Origin: Rhynchobatus australiae
Lineage: Eukaryota
Reading direction: 5' to 3'
NCBI GenBank assembly: GCA_034780895.1
Contig: JAUZTB010000127.1
Span: forward strand, 83,211,838-83,275,837
Length of the DNA: 64,000 nucleotides
Part shown: positions 36,996-49,950 of the stretch, in pieces
Position numbering within the stretch: the first letter of the stretch is position 1
Layout: every line of letters begins with the position of its first letter
Position numbers and translations under genes: made by a program
The notes under the pieces: model-generated
Database searches by the model: none
The model's input: only the letters and a program-made list of their open reading frames with translations
What the model was told of the DNA's origin: nothing

Positions 36996-37335
36996 TTGCT
37001 GTTACATGTGGCAATTTATGAAGCAGGCTTAAATATTTTGTGCAAGGTATTTGCTGTTTATAAATAGTTGATNNNNNNNNNNNNNNNNNNNNNNNNNNNN
37101 NNNNNNNNNNCTCTGGGGCTGGACCGACCCAATTAATTCCTGAAAACATGTCTTCCAGGAAGATTTTATTTTTGACAATGGAAGAAAGACTTAGAGGGTG
37201 GTGCCAGAGAGGTTTCAATAGAGAGTGCGTTAGATGCTACAGTTTCTATGACTGCAGGGCAATCCAGCCTGACAATAGCATTTGATTTGGAACAGATGGC
37301 TTTTTACACTGCCTTGTCCATTCTTTGCCCTCTAG

Positions 37336-37437
37336 GCATACAAGCTTCTCTACCAACCAGTGTTATTTTCAGCTGATGTTATGTCTGTTCCTTTGAGATT
37401 TTATTCAGCAAAGGTGGTATTAGTTCTCAATAACTTG
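37336..37437 (+). other. Candidate 102-nt internal exon of the plus-strand gene
   Basis: Acceptor ttgtccattctttgccctctag| and donor TTG|GTGAGT; phase-0 frame open (AYKLLYQPVLFSADVMSVPLRFYSAKVVLVLNNL). The peptide is not recognised. Confidence 0.3.
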
Positions 37438-39054
37438 GTGAGTTGTCTGCCTGCTGAAGGAATGAAAATCCTGCGGGAATAGGATCACTCAATGCCTTGA
37501 ATCAGGTTTGCTTTTCACCTGGTGCCCTCTGGGTGCTTTTCTTTTTGTGCTAGTTGTTGTAGTTCTGGACTTGACTGTATGCTGCACGGTTTAATGCAGG
37601 AATCTTGTTTTCTTAGATATCAAATTCCATTACCTTTTGTATAACTATTGTATGTAAAACAGGTATTTAGTGGTTGTGCAAACGGGTTAGTGTAAGTCAG
37701 GTCACAATCCTTTTCTACTTCGAGTTTGGTTAGTTGTGGAGGAGCTGCGGTTGGACTAGTTGGGGGAGGAGGGAGAAATTGTGGTTTCAACTCTCTTGGA
37801 GGTAGGAACATGACTAGCTGCAATGCCTTCCAACTGTATTCTGTCTCTTGCCAGAAATTAATTATTTGGAGTGGCACTTCCAAGTTACCACTCGTAACAG
37901 GAGGAAGAGTAGAAGCGAGTAAAATTACCAGTGGAGTGGGTTTGATCAAGTGTTTCTAGTATAACTGTATAAGATTGTTCAAGTTGCACTTAGTGATCTA
38001 CAAATCCTAGTCCAATATTTCATAATGTTTGCCCCATTGTTGCTATGCTCATGTTATATTTGCAAAACCTTTGTTCAATCTTGGTTCTTTGTGCTTCATC
38101 TCAAATATTTTTGTAAAGATATTAATCAAGATAATTTGTACCAAGAGTTGATGATTTGCTTTTTTCAAAACAAAGTAGATTGCTTCCCATTAATGGTGCA
38201 GTATAATGAAATATTGCCATCTCTACACTTATCATATTACACTGTCTTGGTAATCTTGTTTTAAAAATGTTAATGTTTAAATTATCAGGTGGTGAACAGT
38301 GCATGAGGCGGCTGAAAGGATTGCTTGTTCTTCTGCAGTTGGTTTGCAGTTTGCTGCTGTTTTAGTCAAGCTGTTAAACCAACTGAAAGAGTCTCTGCCT
38401 TATAAAGGCTCACTGAAGGGTATTCTTTGTTGCCTGCATGATGCCATTAATCCAGATCTTTGCACTACATGGGAATCAGGTATAAAGAAGTGTGTGTGTG
38501 TGTGTTGGTTCATTGCCCAAATCATTCACACAACATCTTTGTAGCCCGCCTCTCGAGGTAGTGACTGGGGTTACCAGTGGTCATTGATTGCGTCAGTAAT
38601 TTGGAGACAGCAGCCGGTTTTTGTCTTGAGACACAGATCATGAACTAACTGATGCATGCTATTTCTCAATGAAATAGAGAGATTCATAGAATATTTGGAG
38701 TTTTTACTGTTCATTTACTGAAATGAAATGGAATGTTACATGATAGAGGGATTTATTGAGCAGCTCTGTTAAACTTTGAATTTGTTGTCATTACATTCAT
38801 TTGGAGGGAGAGATGGTGACCATGCAGGGCAAAGTGTGCAACTAATATTGTAACAAGAATTGCAATTCTTATTTTTGAAGTTTTTTATATATCAGTTAGT
38901 GAAAAGCAATTCATACCCATAGGTTTTCAGATTATGTAAAGAACAAACTACAGATTGCATATGATCATTTTTAGAAATTTGGTACATGAATTTTAAAATT
39001 GTAGTGCCCCTTTTGTCTTCCCATTTGCAAAAGATGTAATCCAAAATAGTTTTG

Positions 39055-39345
39055 TACAAAAGCCTGAGAGCACAAACCATCAGACTAGAGGGCAGCTTCT
39101 GTCCCACAGTTATCAGACTCTTGAACGGACCTCTCGTACAGCAAAAGATGAACTCTTGATCTCCCAATCTATCTAGTTGTGGCCCTTACACCTTTGTCTG
39201 TCTGACTGCACTTTCTCTGTAACTGCAATGCTGAATTCTGTTTTCTTTTTCCTGCCTCATTGTAATTGTGTATGGCGTGATCTATCTGGGTGACACACAA
39301 AACAAATGCTCTTCACTATATCTTGGTACATGTGACAATAAACCA
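39055..39345 (+). mobile_element. Rex1/Babar-type LINE 3' end
   Basis: tacaaaagcctgagagcacaaaccatcagactagagggcagcttctgtcccacagttatcagactcttgaacgg...gtacatgtgacaataaac. Confidence 0.8.
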
Positions 39346-41654
39346 GCACAACTTGTATAGTTTTCATTTTCCTTTTTGTAATCTGGTTTGAGAATACTGT
39401 AAAGGATGATGTAAATGCATTAATGTAAATATAAGCAGTTGGAATAATTTGATTTGAGACTCTGCATCAGTAAACGTGCAGTGATATGAAGCAGCTGGAA
39501 AAGTCATTTGTGTTATTCATCCTAAAAGTATCAATTGTCCACCACTCTGTGTATAACAAATATTTTCATTCTTTCAAGATTGTGGCCATGGTCAGGGAAA
39601 TGCTGTCACTGCTGAACAGATTTGTGAACGTCTATGTGGAAATTGCTGCAATATTACATGACCTTGAAATAATTCCAATTATTTCATGAGAGCAAATTTA
39701 TAAGAATAAGTTGGTTTTGTATATCTTTAATTTTCCTCATGGATTTTGAAAGTCTTGATTTTAATGTGTTCTGAGACCAGAAAGCTATATGTAACTTTTT
39801 CAAAAGAGGTTACACACAGGCAATAATTCATGGGAAAGAACTTGTTGCAAAAGAAAACTCAGTAAAGCTTTGAAAAGCAATACATGAATTACTAAGTCAC
39901 ACAGTCGCTTTCCTAAAGCATTAATCCAGCAGATTGTTTGGTTTTCTATTAAATAAAAAAGGTGAAATTTAGATTTGTATTTCATACCTTTGTCTCTCAT
40001 GGATTTTGATTAGAAGCAAGATTGGTCTGTATGATTCCTTGAGCCTGCTTGACATTTGATAGGATCATTGCTGATTCTCTACTTCAAGATCACTTGCCAT
40101 CTGACCCCATATCTTTCGATTCCAATGGCATTCAAAAACTAGAGTAAAGAAATATCTCCCTCTGAGCCTGAATGGCTGGGTCCTCATTACTGAGGAGCTG
40201 TTTAAAATTACAACAAATGAAAAATAAGTTGCAAACCAAATGTTTTTTAATCTACACTGCTGTTGAAAGTGTTTGATTCACCTCAAAATGGTTTCCCATG
40301 TGCAGCAAGCTCCTGGCAGCGTCTAGGTTTCACATGGTGCTTGGTCTGTTGGGCGGAATGGAGTCCACACGTCTGCAGCTTGGATATAATTTTATCCTTT
40401 TCCTGCTTTGAATATTAATATAGTCCAGTATTTTTGAATCATTTTCAAGTGTTACAACATTGCAATATTTTGATTTGAAATTGAAAATCAAAAAATTGTA
40501 GATGTTGGACAAAGCGTTTTGAGCTGAAAGCTAACTGTTTCTCTTCCCACAGATGCTGCCTGACCTGAGTGTTTCCAGCATTTTCTGATTTTTGACTAGT
40601 TGCATCAACCAATTAACTTTAATTTTTGATGTGTAAGCCCACAAACAAATTAGAAATGTTGCTTTTAATACCATTTTTGTGCCACTGTCCATATTGTGTT
40701 TCAATTTTTAAAAAAATACAGGAAACCACTTTCAGCTAAGGTTTGGGTTAGATTGAAAAGAGATGATGGGCAACAAAGTAAACTCTAGAAAAAAACCTAA
40801 ATTAGTGATGTATGAATAAAACAAGCCCCAANNNNNNNNNNNNNNNNNNNNNNNNNNNNNNNNNNNNNNNNNNNNNNNNNNNNNNNNNNNNNNNNNNNNN
40901 NNNNNNNNNNNNNNNNNNNNNNNNNNNNNNNTGAATACTAATGAAGTTGTTAACCAAAGCTGATCCGGTGGGGCGGTGCCTTTCTTCCATTGCAGCTATA
41001 TAAAACACTTGCAACATAAACAGCATTTATAAATAGTCATGGCCTTTTAAATCATTGAGAATCTCTGGTTTACATCACTACATGGTATATTGCTTGTTTA
41101 ATTGTTGTGCAGCAAGGGTCTAGCAGTATACTGTATGTTGACCAAGTTCTGATGAATGTTCTATGGGGATATGATCCAGCTTGCAGTAAACATCTCATTA
41201 GATCAAGATCCCTCTTGGGCTCAAGCTTTTCTGTTCAACACTTTGCTACTTTCAATGCTTTTTTAAGCTGACATATGGTTGTTTACAGTAATAACCTAAT
41301 AACTGATCATGCCATAAAGTCCCTTCACAAGGATGAATACTGTTGATGTTCTGTGCCCCTCCGTGGGCACTAATGTAATGATGCTGAGAAGGCATATTCT
41401 CCAGCTGATGAGTTTAGAACTAGGGAGATGGTAACAGTATATGTATTTGACTATCTAGGACTCTTTCACCTGGAGAATTATGAATCATTGGGTGTAGATG
41501 CTGATTGTGGTAGGTCTTTGAAAATTAAAGGAATTGGGTGATAGGATGGATAAAGTGGACCATAGGATGGGTAAGATGGTTTCACTTGAGTTCTCAGATT
41601 TTCTTAATGGTTTAGCTGCTAAGCAATTTAATCTGATGGTTGTTCCCTGGCATT

Positions 41655-42135
41655 TTCATTAAATTGGAGAGAGTGCAGATAAACTTTGAAGAATTGCCAG
41701 GACTTGAAGGCCTGAGTTTTTGGGAGAGATTGAGCAGGATGGGATTTTATTCCTTGAAACATAGGAGATTGAAGGGTGACCTTATAGAGGTGTATAAAAC
41801 CATGAGGGGCATAGATAGTATGAATGCACAAGATCTTTTTCCCCAGGGAAGGGGAACTAAGAACTAGAGCATAGGTTTAAAGTGAGAGGTAAAAGGGACC
41901 TGAGGGGTAACTTCATGTAGAGGGTGGTATGTATATGGAATGACCTGCCAGAGAAGGTGATCGAGGCAAGCGCAAGAACAACATTCAAAAGACATTTGGA
42001 TGAGTACATGGATAGGAGGGATTTTGAGGGATATGGGCCAAATGCAGGCAAGTGGGACCAGTTTGGTGGCCACCATGATCAGCATGGACAAGTTGGACTG
42101 AAGGGCCTGTTTCCATGCTGTATTACTCTGATTTG
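41655..42135 (+). mobile_element. CR1 LINE ORF2 end and 3' UTR
   Basis: IKLERVQINFEELPGLEGLSFWERLSRMGFYSLKHRRLKGDLIEVYKTMRGID and WNDLPEKVIEA...FKRHLDEYM. Confidence 0.9.
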
Positions 42136-42326
42136 ACACAAGGGAAATGTTGATGGCCTTGTTCATTCAGATGGTCTGGCTCACCTACCTTCAAATCTTC
42201 AGCCCCTACATTGTCTCAGTTAGCCTTTAATATTCCTTATCAGTCTGGTTGGTTCCTTTTGAATATTCTTAAGATGACCAGCCTTTCCTTATCTCCCTGA
42301 TGGTAAGTACATGTCGAGGAACGTGA

Positions 42327-42374
42327 GAGCACTTTCTATCTTAGCCTCCCGAGCACTTTCTATCTTAGCCTCCC
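42327..42374 (+). repeat. Perfect 24-bp tandem duplication
   Basis: gagcactttctatcttagcctccc repeated twice with no mismatch. Confidence 0.95.
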
Positions 42375-42516
42375 ATGCCCAAAAATGTTGTATTCCTTGC
42401 ATGGGACTGTGAGATTCTACCTTTATGCTTGTATGTCTCCTGGTTCTTGACCAGGCAATGCAGACAGCTACTCAGTATTCATCTCTAACCCTTTCAGCAT
42501 CAATATTCTTCTAAGC

Positions 42517-43450
42517 TCATAGGATCCTAGATATTCATGGTGCAGGAGGAGGCCATTTGGCCCACTATTTTCATGCCTGCCAGAATTAGACCTTGGGTTG
42601 AGTAAATCCTGCTACCCAGGTCTCGGTGCACAACCCTGCAGCCTCTTCAGGTGCTCATGCAGGTACCCTTCATTGAAAAGATCTCTGCCTGCACCCCCAC
42701 CTTTCCCAACCAGGCAACAAGACTCCAGATCCCCTCCATTTTTTTCCTTCAATCAGCCCAGTGTCATCCCTATCACTGACTTCTCTGCCAAGGGAAACTG
42801 GCACCCACCAACCGNNNNNNNNNNNNNNNNNNNNNNNNNNNNNNNNNNNNNNNNNNNNNNNNNNNNNNNNNNNNNNNNNNNNNNNNNNNNNNNNNNNNNN
42901 NNNNNNNNNNNNNNNNNNNNNNNNNNNNNNNNNNNNNNNNNNNNNNNNNNNNNNNNNNNNNNNNNNNNNNNNNNNNNNNNNNNNNNNNNNNNNNNNNNNN
43001 NNNNNNNNNNNNNNNNNNNNNNNNNNNNNNNNNCACAATGCTTCAGTGTGATCTCCCATGCCTTGGCCAATATAAGGCAGGTACCCTGTGTGCCCTCCCA
43101 CACATTCTACCTGCCCTGCTACCTTCATAAATCTTTGGACATGTGTTCCAAGATCCCTCTACTCCTTCGCATCACCCATCACATACCCCTTGCCTGCTAA
43201 CTTACCACCCCCCAGATGCACCACATCATGCCCCTCTTGACTGAGCTCCCTCTACCATATCTTGCCCCCAACCAAAACCCACCAACATCTGCCTGCAGCC
43301 CTGAACCCTGATGCTCCTATCCCACCATCTCAGTGAAATCCTGGCATTATCAGCTGTCCCCCCTGTATTGTTCCTAGTATTTATCCAATTCACTGCACTG
43401 TGAAAAGCAAGGAGCCCAGCTCACTCCCAGTAACCAACATTCCCTTCAAC
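42517..43450 (-). mobile_element. Old CR1 LINE fragment, spans N gap
   Basis: Starts with tcataggatcctagatattcatggtgcaggaggaggccatttggccc (reversed CR1 3' end). Further in, gttccaagatccctct and aaagcaaggagcccagc resemble the reversed RT region seen at 1-281. Confidence 0.6.
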
Positions 43451-44061
43451 CACTGCCCTGGCTTTCTGCCCACTCCCCCAACTCCTGGTGCAAATTGCTC
43501 CATTCCTTGGGATCCACGGCTCCTGAGCAATCTGTTGCACGGGATGCGTCAAAGTCTTCTGCAAAATACAAATATGTCTCAATATTCTACCCTCCCTGTT
43601 GCCACCTCCACAGAACTCACTTAAGTTTTATCCCTCAAGAAATCCACACGGATACTCTTCAGCTGACTGGTGGCTCTCCAAAGGGCAATTGCTCACCTTT
43701 GTTACTGGTACCCTGTACAGTTCCCGGCTGAGATTTGTGTTCTAACTCGATGCCTGGAAAGTCTGCATGATGTGCAGGTGCAGCATGATTTTTCATTGTT
43801 TTAAAAAATCTGTTCTGCTTTTCCCTTTCTATCAAATTGAATTCCCAATTTATTCCATTGCTCACTTTAACATTTTTCCCTTTGCAACTGTGTCCTCTAG
43901 CAACTTATTTTTCCTGTCTGTATCGTCAGCAAGCCAAGTGACTTTGTGCTATGGTCTTTGCAAATGATTCTTCAGATTATAAATTGAGGAGGAGGAAATA
44001 CCTTTTGACACTCCACTTGGATGACCCTGTCACTCTGAAAATGACCATTTTATTCCTACCG

Positions 44062-44198
44062 CCAAAAAAAAACGCAACTGGAGGAACTCGGTGGGTCAGG
44101 CAGCATCTGTGGCAGCAAAGGCATAGTTGACTTTTGGGGTTGAGACTGTGCATCAGGATTTGCTACAAATTCCAGCATCTGCAGTCTTGTATGTCCCC
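44062..44198 (-). mobile_element. Penelope pLTR remnant with decayed hammerhead
   Basis: Minus strand reads AATC-CTGATGC-ACAGTCTCAACCCC-AAAA-GTC-AACTA followed by the cagatgctgcctgaccc motif. Confidence 0.7.
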
Positions 44199-45799
44199 AG
44201 TNNNNNNNNNNNNNNNNNNNNNNNNNNNNNNNNNNNNNNNNNNNNNNNNNNNNNNNNNNNNNNNNNNNNNNNNNNNNNNNNNNNNNNNNNNAGAGAAGGA
44301 TAGCTCAACAATGTGTAGTAAAACATATATTGCAGAGAATAGGATGCAGAAGTCGGGGAAGAAGGATTTAAAAATGATGCAGCAAAAGCAAATTTCAGAG
44401 CTTGTCTCGCCAATAAAAATATTCGAGGATGGAACTGCTTGCTGCAACTATTGTGAATTAAATTCGTTGGAGGCATGATATTATTAGCAAGTGGAAAGAG
44501 TGCACCTGCTGGCACTGGCTGACTTGGGGGTGGTGAGTGCCGTACGGTGTGGGGTGAGCAGTGAGCTGCCTGCTGATTGGCTGGCCAGGCAAGGGGAGGG
44601 AACAGCTTTAACCTAAAGCAGGGAAGTGAAATACTGAGTAGGAGCTTCGCAACCAGGAACCAGCTGTCGACCAGCATTAGGCAGATTAATGATGAAAAAT
44701 AAAACTCCATTCACTGTCATCAGCTGAGCTATCAATGGCCTCTGTTGCAGCCCAGTATTTTAAGTGATCCAAGGTGTCCTGAGACAATGGCACATGATTA
44801 CTGATGAGGAAAGAAACTCAGTGCACCCAGAAAGTGTTTTATGTCTTGCATCTTTTCTCTTCCCCACCTCAACTTTGTCACCCCTCTCCCTGTAAGAGTA
44901 TATCCTGTGGTGCATGCAGTACATATATATATTTGTGTATTTGTAAAATATTCAAATAAGTCCATCAAAATGTTGCTGTAGCAGCAGAGAGGTGTCATTG
45001 TGTGTGTCTCATTATAAAGGCAAGGTGATGCATGTTTGCTGAATATTGCAGTATATTTAAAGGTCTGGAATGAAATAATAAATAATAGAATGAAAACCTC
45101 CCAGGCCAGGTGTGGTTTACCCACTTAATCTGTCATGAGTGGGCTTATCCAGTGCTGTGTAATGAGCCTTTTGATTTGTCACCATTTTATTGAATGTGCC
45201 TCATAACCTCCCAATTAATTCTTGTTCCTACTTTGAGTTTCCTCTTTCGTTCCACACCTTGCAATGCAGTAAGATCATTTTACAATGCCATGTATCCTTT
45301 GCTTAGAAGCTGCCCTCCTACTTTGAGGAGAAGTGTTGAGTGGTGTGGTCATATTTTTCCTCCTGTCTTTGTTTTCCTTCACTCCAGCATTAAATAGTAG
45401 GATGTTCACTTAATCAACCAATCATATTGCACACAGACCAGATAAAGCTCTAAACTATTTCTCGGCTTGCTGCATAATTATGTGAAGAAAGATGGAATCA
45501 TAGTTTTTAGATCTGAATTTTCTTTTTTTTTTCTCTTCCCCATACCAACTGTACATTGAATTGTGGTTTCCTTTTCACATACACTGTGCCAAGGATCAAC
45601 AGTTTCTAAGTTATAAATGTGACTGCTTGAAGAGTGTCATTACTGCAGGGTAATCCCCTTCTGCATGGCATTCTTCTGTGCAATCTAAGTTAGGCTCTTC
45701 AACTAGTCATGACTTCAGCAAATGAAAGTCCAAAATTAGCATGGTTGTGGGAAAGAAAATAATGGCTAAATGGAATTGGCCATTAACATTAAAATGTTA

Positions 45800-45960
45800 T
45801 TTCTGTTCTGGGTTCTGAAGGTGACAACCCTTGAGAGGGTTTTCTGCCGTGCATCTGATTTACTGACGTCCTTCACTGAAGGATATCTACTCCTTGCCAA
45901 GACTGGCCTATATGTGACTCTAAACACACCAGTGTGCTTAACTCTTAATTGCCTGCAAAA
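45800..45960 (+). mobile_element. Chondrichthyan tRNA-SINE body fragment
   Basis: catctgatttactgacgtccttcactgaaggatatctactccttgccaagactggcctatatgtgactctaaacac; reverse copies at 48000-48300 and 58570-58815. Confidence 0.55.
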
Positions 45961-47224
45961 AGAGTTTTAAGACAAAAATAAATGATTAGGGATTGAAGAT
46001 TTTGGTGAAAGGATGTGTAACAACTACTGCAATCATATCTTTCAGTCAATTTAGGGTGGCCTTTTCCCAATGTCCCATGCTGTGATAATGCAGTGTTCAG
46101 GCTGCAGTGTGCACCCAGTTTTCTATGTCCGGGACACTCTGACACTGCTGTGGAAGTATCACTGGGAATTTACAAAGCTTAGAAATCTCTGCAATCTGGC
46201 AGAAAAGCTTTGAATGCTATCATCAAAATCACTCTTTAACTGTTGCCAGATGCATGTTGTGTTAAGCACCATTGATCTGGAGCTTAAACTTATGGCAAGT
46301 CTGATTTCAAATTATTTAACTCTTAAAGATTACCAACAGGGTCACAGACTAGGTTAATAAAAGAAAGCAAGCACATCAAACACATAAATTGGACCCCTGG
46401 CCAACATGATGTTAGTAATAAAAGTGAGCTTTAGCCTATTTTCTTGTATTACCATACATGGAGTCTAAATTTTGGAATAAGATATTTTGCTAATTATCTT
46501 AACTAATTGTGCTCTACTATTTTATTTCTTGTAACACGGTTGTACCAAACATCGCAGAGTTTTTTCACTATCTTAAATGAAAAGATTGAACTGAGATTAA
46601 AGCAGATGCTCAGTGCTTCGTGATAGTCCAGTATTGTGCTATGTATATTGGGGAAATGGAGAATGTTATACTGCGCAGTGGTTCCTAAGTACTGGAGGTA
46701 AAAATGTTGGAATTGAGGCTATGGAAAGCAATGGAATCTGATATCTAGCCAGAATACTAACTTGTGTTATTCTATAGAAAAATAGATGGCAATCAAAATC
46801 TGCAGCTGCTGATTATCTGAAATAAAAACAGGATGCTGGTAATGCTCAGCAGATGAGGCTACATCTGTAGGGAAAGAAATAGTTAATGTTTCCGGTCAAT
46901 GTCTTTAAATAAAAGTAACTAAGATCACTGAATTTGCTAGTGGTCAGCAACTGTTTGGAGAATTAGAACTGGTAGGGAGATGGGGTTCAGAGGAGGGTTC
47001 CTATCCATATTGATTACCTTTCCTTTCATAACTCAGGACAGTGTTGGGAAAATTAGTCCACCTTTCCCATTTGCTCGTATTTGTTGCAGGAAGTTCTTAT
47101 CAGGTGGTGGAACTGTTAATTTTGAGCTTGCTCTGCCAATGAACCTAGCTATTTGTGTTTGCCTATTGAATGGAATAATTTAGTAGTTGTATTATATCAG
47201 TCTACTAATAAACAGCGTTCTTGC

Positions 47225-47760
47225 TAAAATGGTGAACATTGTGTGTTTTATCATTCAAAAGTTAATATGCAGGTACAGCAAGCAATTGAGAAGGCCAAGA
47301 CTATGTTGGCCTTTATTACTAGTGAATTTGAATGCAAAGATAGAAATATCTTGTTACAGTAACATAGGGTCCTAGTAAGACTGCATCTGGAATATTGTGT
47401 ACAGATGTAATCTCTCTACCAAATAAAAGATGTACTTAAAATGGAGGGAGTGCAATGAAGGTTCACCAGATTGATTTCTAGGATGATGGATTTGTCGTAT
47501 GTGGAGAGATTAGGTAGTCTGTGTCTGTACTTTCTTGAGTTAGAAGAATTAGTGATTTCATTTAAACATGCAAAATTCCTTCAAGGCTGAAAAGCTAGAC
47601 ATGAAGTTGATTTTTTCCCCATAGCCAGCGGGTAACTAGAAACTGGTCACTATCAGAGAATGAGGTCAGCCATTTAGGACAGAAATGAGAAATTTCTTCA
47701 TGCAAAGGGTGGGGGAAGTTTTTGGAATCCTCTATCCTGGAGGGCTGTAGATATTTAGTC
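47225..47760 (+). mobile_element. Old CR1 ORF2 C-terminal fragment
   Basis: gtcctagtaagactgcatctggaatattgtgtacag (LVR.HLEYCVQ) ... atggagggagtgcaatgaaggttcaccagattgatt (EGVQ*RFTRLI). Confidence 0.75.
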
Positions 47761-47999
47761 AGAATTAAGGGAAGTTAACAAAGTATTGTGAGAAGTTGTT
47801 TCACAATAGTTCTGGGTCTATCAAAGTTCAAACCAAAACAGACCTGAAACCATTGTGCTCTGTGACATTTTTTTAATAAAAGGAACAGCTTGTATCTACA
47901 AAGTGTATCCTAGTGCAAGTAACACTACTTCACTGTGGAAAACAGGAATAAGTGTTTTGTAATTATTCTTTATGGCAGCATCTGGCATTTATTATCTAT

Positions 48000-48300
48000 C
48001 CGTGAATGCTCTCCAAACTTTATAGCTCTGTGGCCTGTTTCAGAATCAACCACGTGGCTGTGGACTGGGGTGAGTTCTATGCCAGACATGCTAAGGATGG
48101 CAGATTTCCTTGAAGGACCTCACTAAACCAAACCTGTTTTTACATCAATCTGGTAGTTCCTTGCTCACAGTTGCTACGAAATATTCCAGATTCTATTTAA
48201 TTATTTCAACTGAAATAGCTCTGCAGTCCTGGTGGAATTCAAATTCATGCCTCCAGGAAAATAATTCAGACCTCTGGGTGCTTGCATAGTAACAACCTGT
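48000..48300 (-). mobile_element. Chondrichthyan tRNA-SINE, decayed
   Basis: taaggatggcagatttccttgaaggacctcactaaaccaaacctgtttttac is the reverse complement of the family at 45800-45960. Confidence 0.55.
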
Positions 48301-48369
48301 TGGGCACATCAGGGTCCCAGGAAAAATGGCCAAATAAGCTTGTAATTATTAGAGGTAAATATGCAGCAC

Positions 48370-48575
48370 CTCGAACAACTCCCTTGCTCTTTGGAAGAAG
48401 CGCTAAAAGATCTCTATTTCTGATTGAGAGCACAACCAAGTCCCACATTTAATGTTTTACCTGGAAGGTGGCATCTCTGATAATGGAGCACTCCCTCAGT
48501 ACTGCAGTAAACTACCAGACTAAACTATAGGCTCAAGTGTGATTGAGATGAGTATTCCCAACTGAGGCACAGCTT
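48370..48575 (-). mobile_element. Deu-domain SINE 5' and central part
   Basis: ggcatctctgataatggagcactccctcagtactgca is the reverse of the SacSINE1-like tgcagtactgagggagtgctgca. Confidence 0.65.
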
Positions 48576-49278
48576 AACACTAATCAAACTCATTGTTCTA
48601 CATCATAATTCTTTTGGATCAGTGCTCACTTTTTCCCAACTGTTTCTCTGTGAAGCAGATTGTGACATTTTCCTGCATTAAGTTCTATTTCGCAAGCACC
48701 AGAAAAATTCAGAAATGACGCTGAGTAGGCATCTTTTTTGAAATTTATTGCAGTTTGAAGGATTCATTTATTGTGAACTATAGTCTCCCTTTTTGCCTAT
48801 TTCTAAACTTGGCCACATGTGCAGTGTTTAAAGCTGAATGTTCCTACGTATCCAAGAAGTCAACATAATTGCAGAGCAGCAACAAGTTCCTGCTTTTATT
48901 TTCTTAATTCATTCTCAAGTCAGGGTTATAGCCAAGGCTTGTATTTGAATTGAAAAATGAAGTGTGAATTGACCAAAGCGCAATGCATGTTCACAAATTG
49001 CTCAGTTTTGCTCTTATATCCTACTTTTTATTCAATCTTTTTTCTCTAACTCTACTTAAATTTGAAATCTGCCACAAGCACATGTATGATGAAAGGTTTG
49101 TAGATCATGGCCTCTCAACAGATCTGGTGTAATTTAAAGTTATTTTTCCTTAGTGTCTTGTCATAAAGTATGTGATCCTCGTACTATCTCTATTCAATGT
49201 TGTACAGTGGGGTCAGATGAGTTTTTGTTGCTTTAATCACTTCTAATCTACTTGCATTTCAAGAGGAAATCTAAACAT

Positions 49279-49950
49279 GCTGTGGCTCGGGGGTGGGGTA
49301 GCTCTCTCAACCTGAGTTGGGTGATTGTAGGTTCAAGACCAACTCTGGAGAATTGGGCATGAAAACCTAGACCAGTACTGCAGCTGAAGTGCTGTAGGAA
49401 TACAAAAGGATTGAAGGTACAATCTTTACCATCTTTTAGATGAAATTTTAAGCCAGGACCTAGTCCCCCTTCTCTAGTTGGTGTAAAAAGTTATGATGAA
49501 GAGCTCGGGAGTTATTCTAGGTTAACTAGTTATTTATCCTTCGACCAACGTTATTAAAACCAGTTATCTCATTGTGTTTGGAGGACCTGTTGTGCACAAA
49601 ATTGCTATCACATTTTGTTTTACAGTAAACAATTACATTTACACTTGAAATTTAAAAAAAAACTGGAAAATAGTCTGGCAATGTTTATGGAGTGAGAAAG
49701 AGTTAATGCTTCAGGTTGAAGACCCTTCCTCAGAAATGGGGAAGAGAAAATTAATTAGTTTTAAATTGGTTTTAAAGGGTCTTCAACCTGAAACATTAGC
49801 TCTGTTTCCTCTTCACAGGTGCTGTCTGAGCTGCTGAGTGTTTCTAGCATTTACTGTATTGTTTGTCAGATTTCCAGCAAGTGTAGTTTTTAATTTATAT
49901 TTACACCTGATTGGCTTTAAAGCTCTTTGGGCTTCCTATATCAATACAGA
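49279..49950 (+). mobile_element. Near full-length Deu-domain SINE (SacSINE1-like), interrupted at 49649-49895
   Basis: tRNA-like head gctgtggctcgg...ggtagc...ggttcaagacc (A/B boxes), Deu domain tcttttagatgaaattttaagccaggacc...gaagagctcgggagtt...tatttatccttcgaccaac; the tail gattggctttaaagctctttggg resumes after the insertion. Confidence 0.75.
49649..49895. mobile_element. Penelope inverted-pLTR (fold-back) insertion inside the SINE
   Basis: agagttaatgcttcaggttgaagaccctt and aagggtcttcaacctgaaacattagctct are 29-bp inverted arms with 2 mismatches; flanked by tacatttacacttga and tatatttacacctga. Confidence 0.75.

Noticed and set aside
44689-44728. C/D box snoRNA (ATGATGA ... CTGA)
   Set aside because: The boxes are only about 40 nt apart with no terminal stem or recognisable rRNA guide. 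Other ATGATGA hits (10726, 30904, 49086, 60988) also lack a suitable D box.
44800-44830. Hammerhead-like CTGATGAG...GAAAC (also minus strand near 24100)
   Set aside because: No helix II between the core boxes and no helix I/III closure.
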